From Clostridia bacterium (GTDB taxonomy: Bacteria; Bacillota; Clostridia; Oscillospirales; CAG-272), in assembly GCA_900767415.1 (NCBI GenBank), contig CAAFYZ010000028.1, positions 22,987 through 86,986 on the forward strand: a DNA stretch of 64,000 nucleotides, written 5' to 3'. A program made the position numbers and the translations under genes. Below, piece after piece: positions 63,291-64,000 of the stretch. Position 1 is the stretch's first letter. Every line of letters begins with the position of its first letter. Under the pieces are notes generated by a model that saw only the letters and a program-made list of their open reading frames with translations, did no database searches and was not told where the DNA came from.

Positions 63291-64000
63291 TCAGTCGATC
63301 AGGGCGAGCCCTTTTTTCTCATCGTGCTTATAGGATTTTTGCAGGAGAATCGGGGTGATGAAACTGGTAATCAGAATCAAAAGAACGACGAAGGGCATGA
63401 TCGTCGTGTCGATAATCCCGCTTTCGACGCCCTTCTGCGCACACACGAGGGCGACCTCGGCGCGTGCCATCATACCGACGCCGATCTTGAAAGAATCGCT
63501 CGGCGTATAGCGACAGCAGAGCGCGGTCGTACCGCAACCGACCAGTTTCCCGACGATGCCGGCGACGATAAAGGCAAGACCGAAGGCGAGCGTCTCGACG
63601 TTGATCCCGCTGAAATCCGTCGAGATGCCGATATTACCGAAGAAGATCGGGACAAAAAACATATAGGAGAGAATATCCGACTTTTCGTCGATATAGTCGG
63701 TGTCGGGGTTGGTCGAAAGAATCAGACCGACGATATACGCCCCCGTGATGTCCGCGATGCCGAAGAAACGCTCGCTGACATACGCGATAAGGAAGCAGAA
63801 GGCGAGACTGAAAATAGGGATCAGACGGTGATGCGGGAACTTCTTATCCAGTGCACGAAACGCCTTGGAAGCGAAGAAAGCCAGGACAGCAATGACGATA
63901 AAGTAAACAACAGTGCGCAAAACGACGATCCAAGGGTTGACGGCTTCTGCTCCGGACGCCGCATCGTTCTTCAGTGCAAGAACGACGGAAAGGACGATAA
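63291..64000 (-). CDS. cation:proton antiporter (CPA family), 5' end outside window
   Basis: Multi-TM C-terminal half (GIADITGAYIVGL, GMMARAEVALV). The reading frame stays open upstream of the track's TTG to position 64000. Confidence 0.8.
   Translation of the reverse strand, partial: IVLSVVLALKNDAASGAEAVNPWIVVLRTVVYFIVIAVLAFFASKAFRALDKKFPHHRLIPIFSLAFCFLIAYVSERFFGIADITGAYIVGLILSTNPDTDYIDEKSDILSYMFFVPIFFGNIGISTDFSGINVETLAFGLAFIVAGIVGKLVGCGTTALCCRYTPSDSFKIGVGMMARAEVALVCAQKGVESGIIDTTIMPFVVLLILITSFITPILLQKSYKHDEKKGLALID

Overview
This is a high-GC (about 60% by eye) chromosomal segment from a spore-forming Clostridia-type Firmicute. The lineage call rests on spoVG, a ytvI-like gene, SLH/CsaB cell-wall anchoring and Gram-positive promoters and RBSs; an Oscillospiraceae-like lineage is inference only. 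I support about 56 protein genes, one tRNA-Arg(CCG), many intrinsic terminators and several near-consensus sigma-A promoters.

Most of the window is core housekeeping: murC, mgtE, argS, yebC, uvrB, uvrA, nrdG, dut, upp, nnr, tex, rimO, pgsA, ppiB, rpmB, rdgB, rpsO, pnp. Many long ORFs in the six-frame track are antisense shadows of these genes, as expected at this GC content.

Loci that deserve a second look:
1. A roughly 1.9-kb low-GC islet (38565-40465) carries one autonomously expressed gene. It encodes an unassigned N-domain fused to a DEDDh 3'-5' exonuclease and an HNH-like module.
2. A five-gene operon (30628-36987) has an HPr-kinase-like P-loop protein and a PqqD/RRE protein translationally coupled (ATGA overlaps) to a 992-aa BspA-type LRR membrane protein. 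I see no RiPP core enzyme and no precursor ORF.
3. A single ORF fuses a YerC/TrpR-like HTH to a HisZ/HisRS-like core (40540-41664).
4. Two arrays of GTGAWAT heptamers at 24-25 nt spacing, interleaved with mini-hairpins, each sit next to an intrinsic terminator (42674-42843 and 14120-14199).
5. A ydjI/ydjG/ydjH-like SPFH, zinc-ribbon and TPM membrane-stress operon lacks pspA and has a triplicated zinc-ribbon tail.
6. A cytidylate-kinase-like protein has a ParB/Srx-like C-terminal domain.

All family assignments come from motif recognition by eye. No database search was run.
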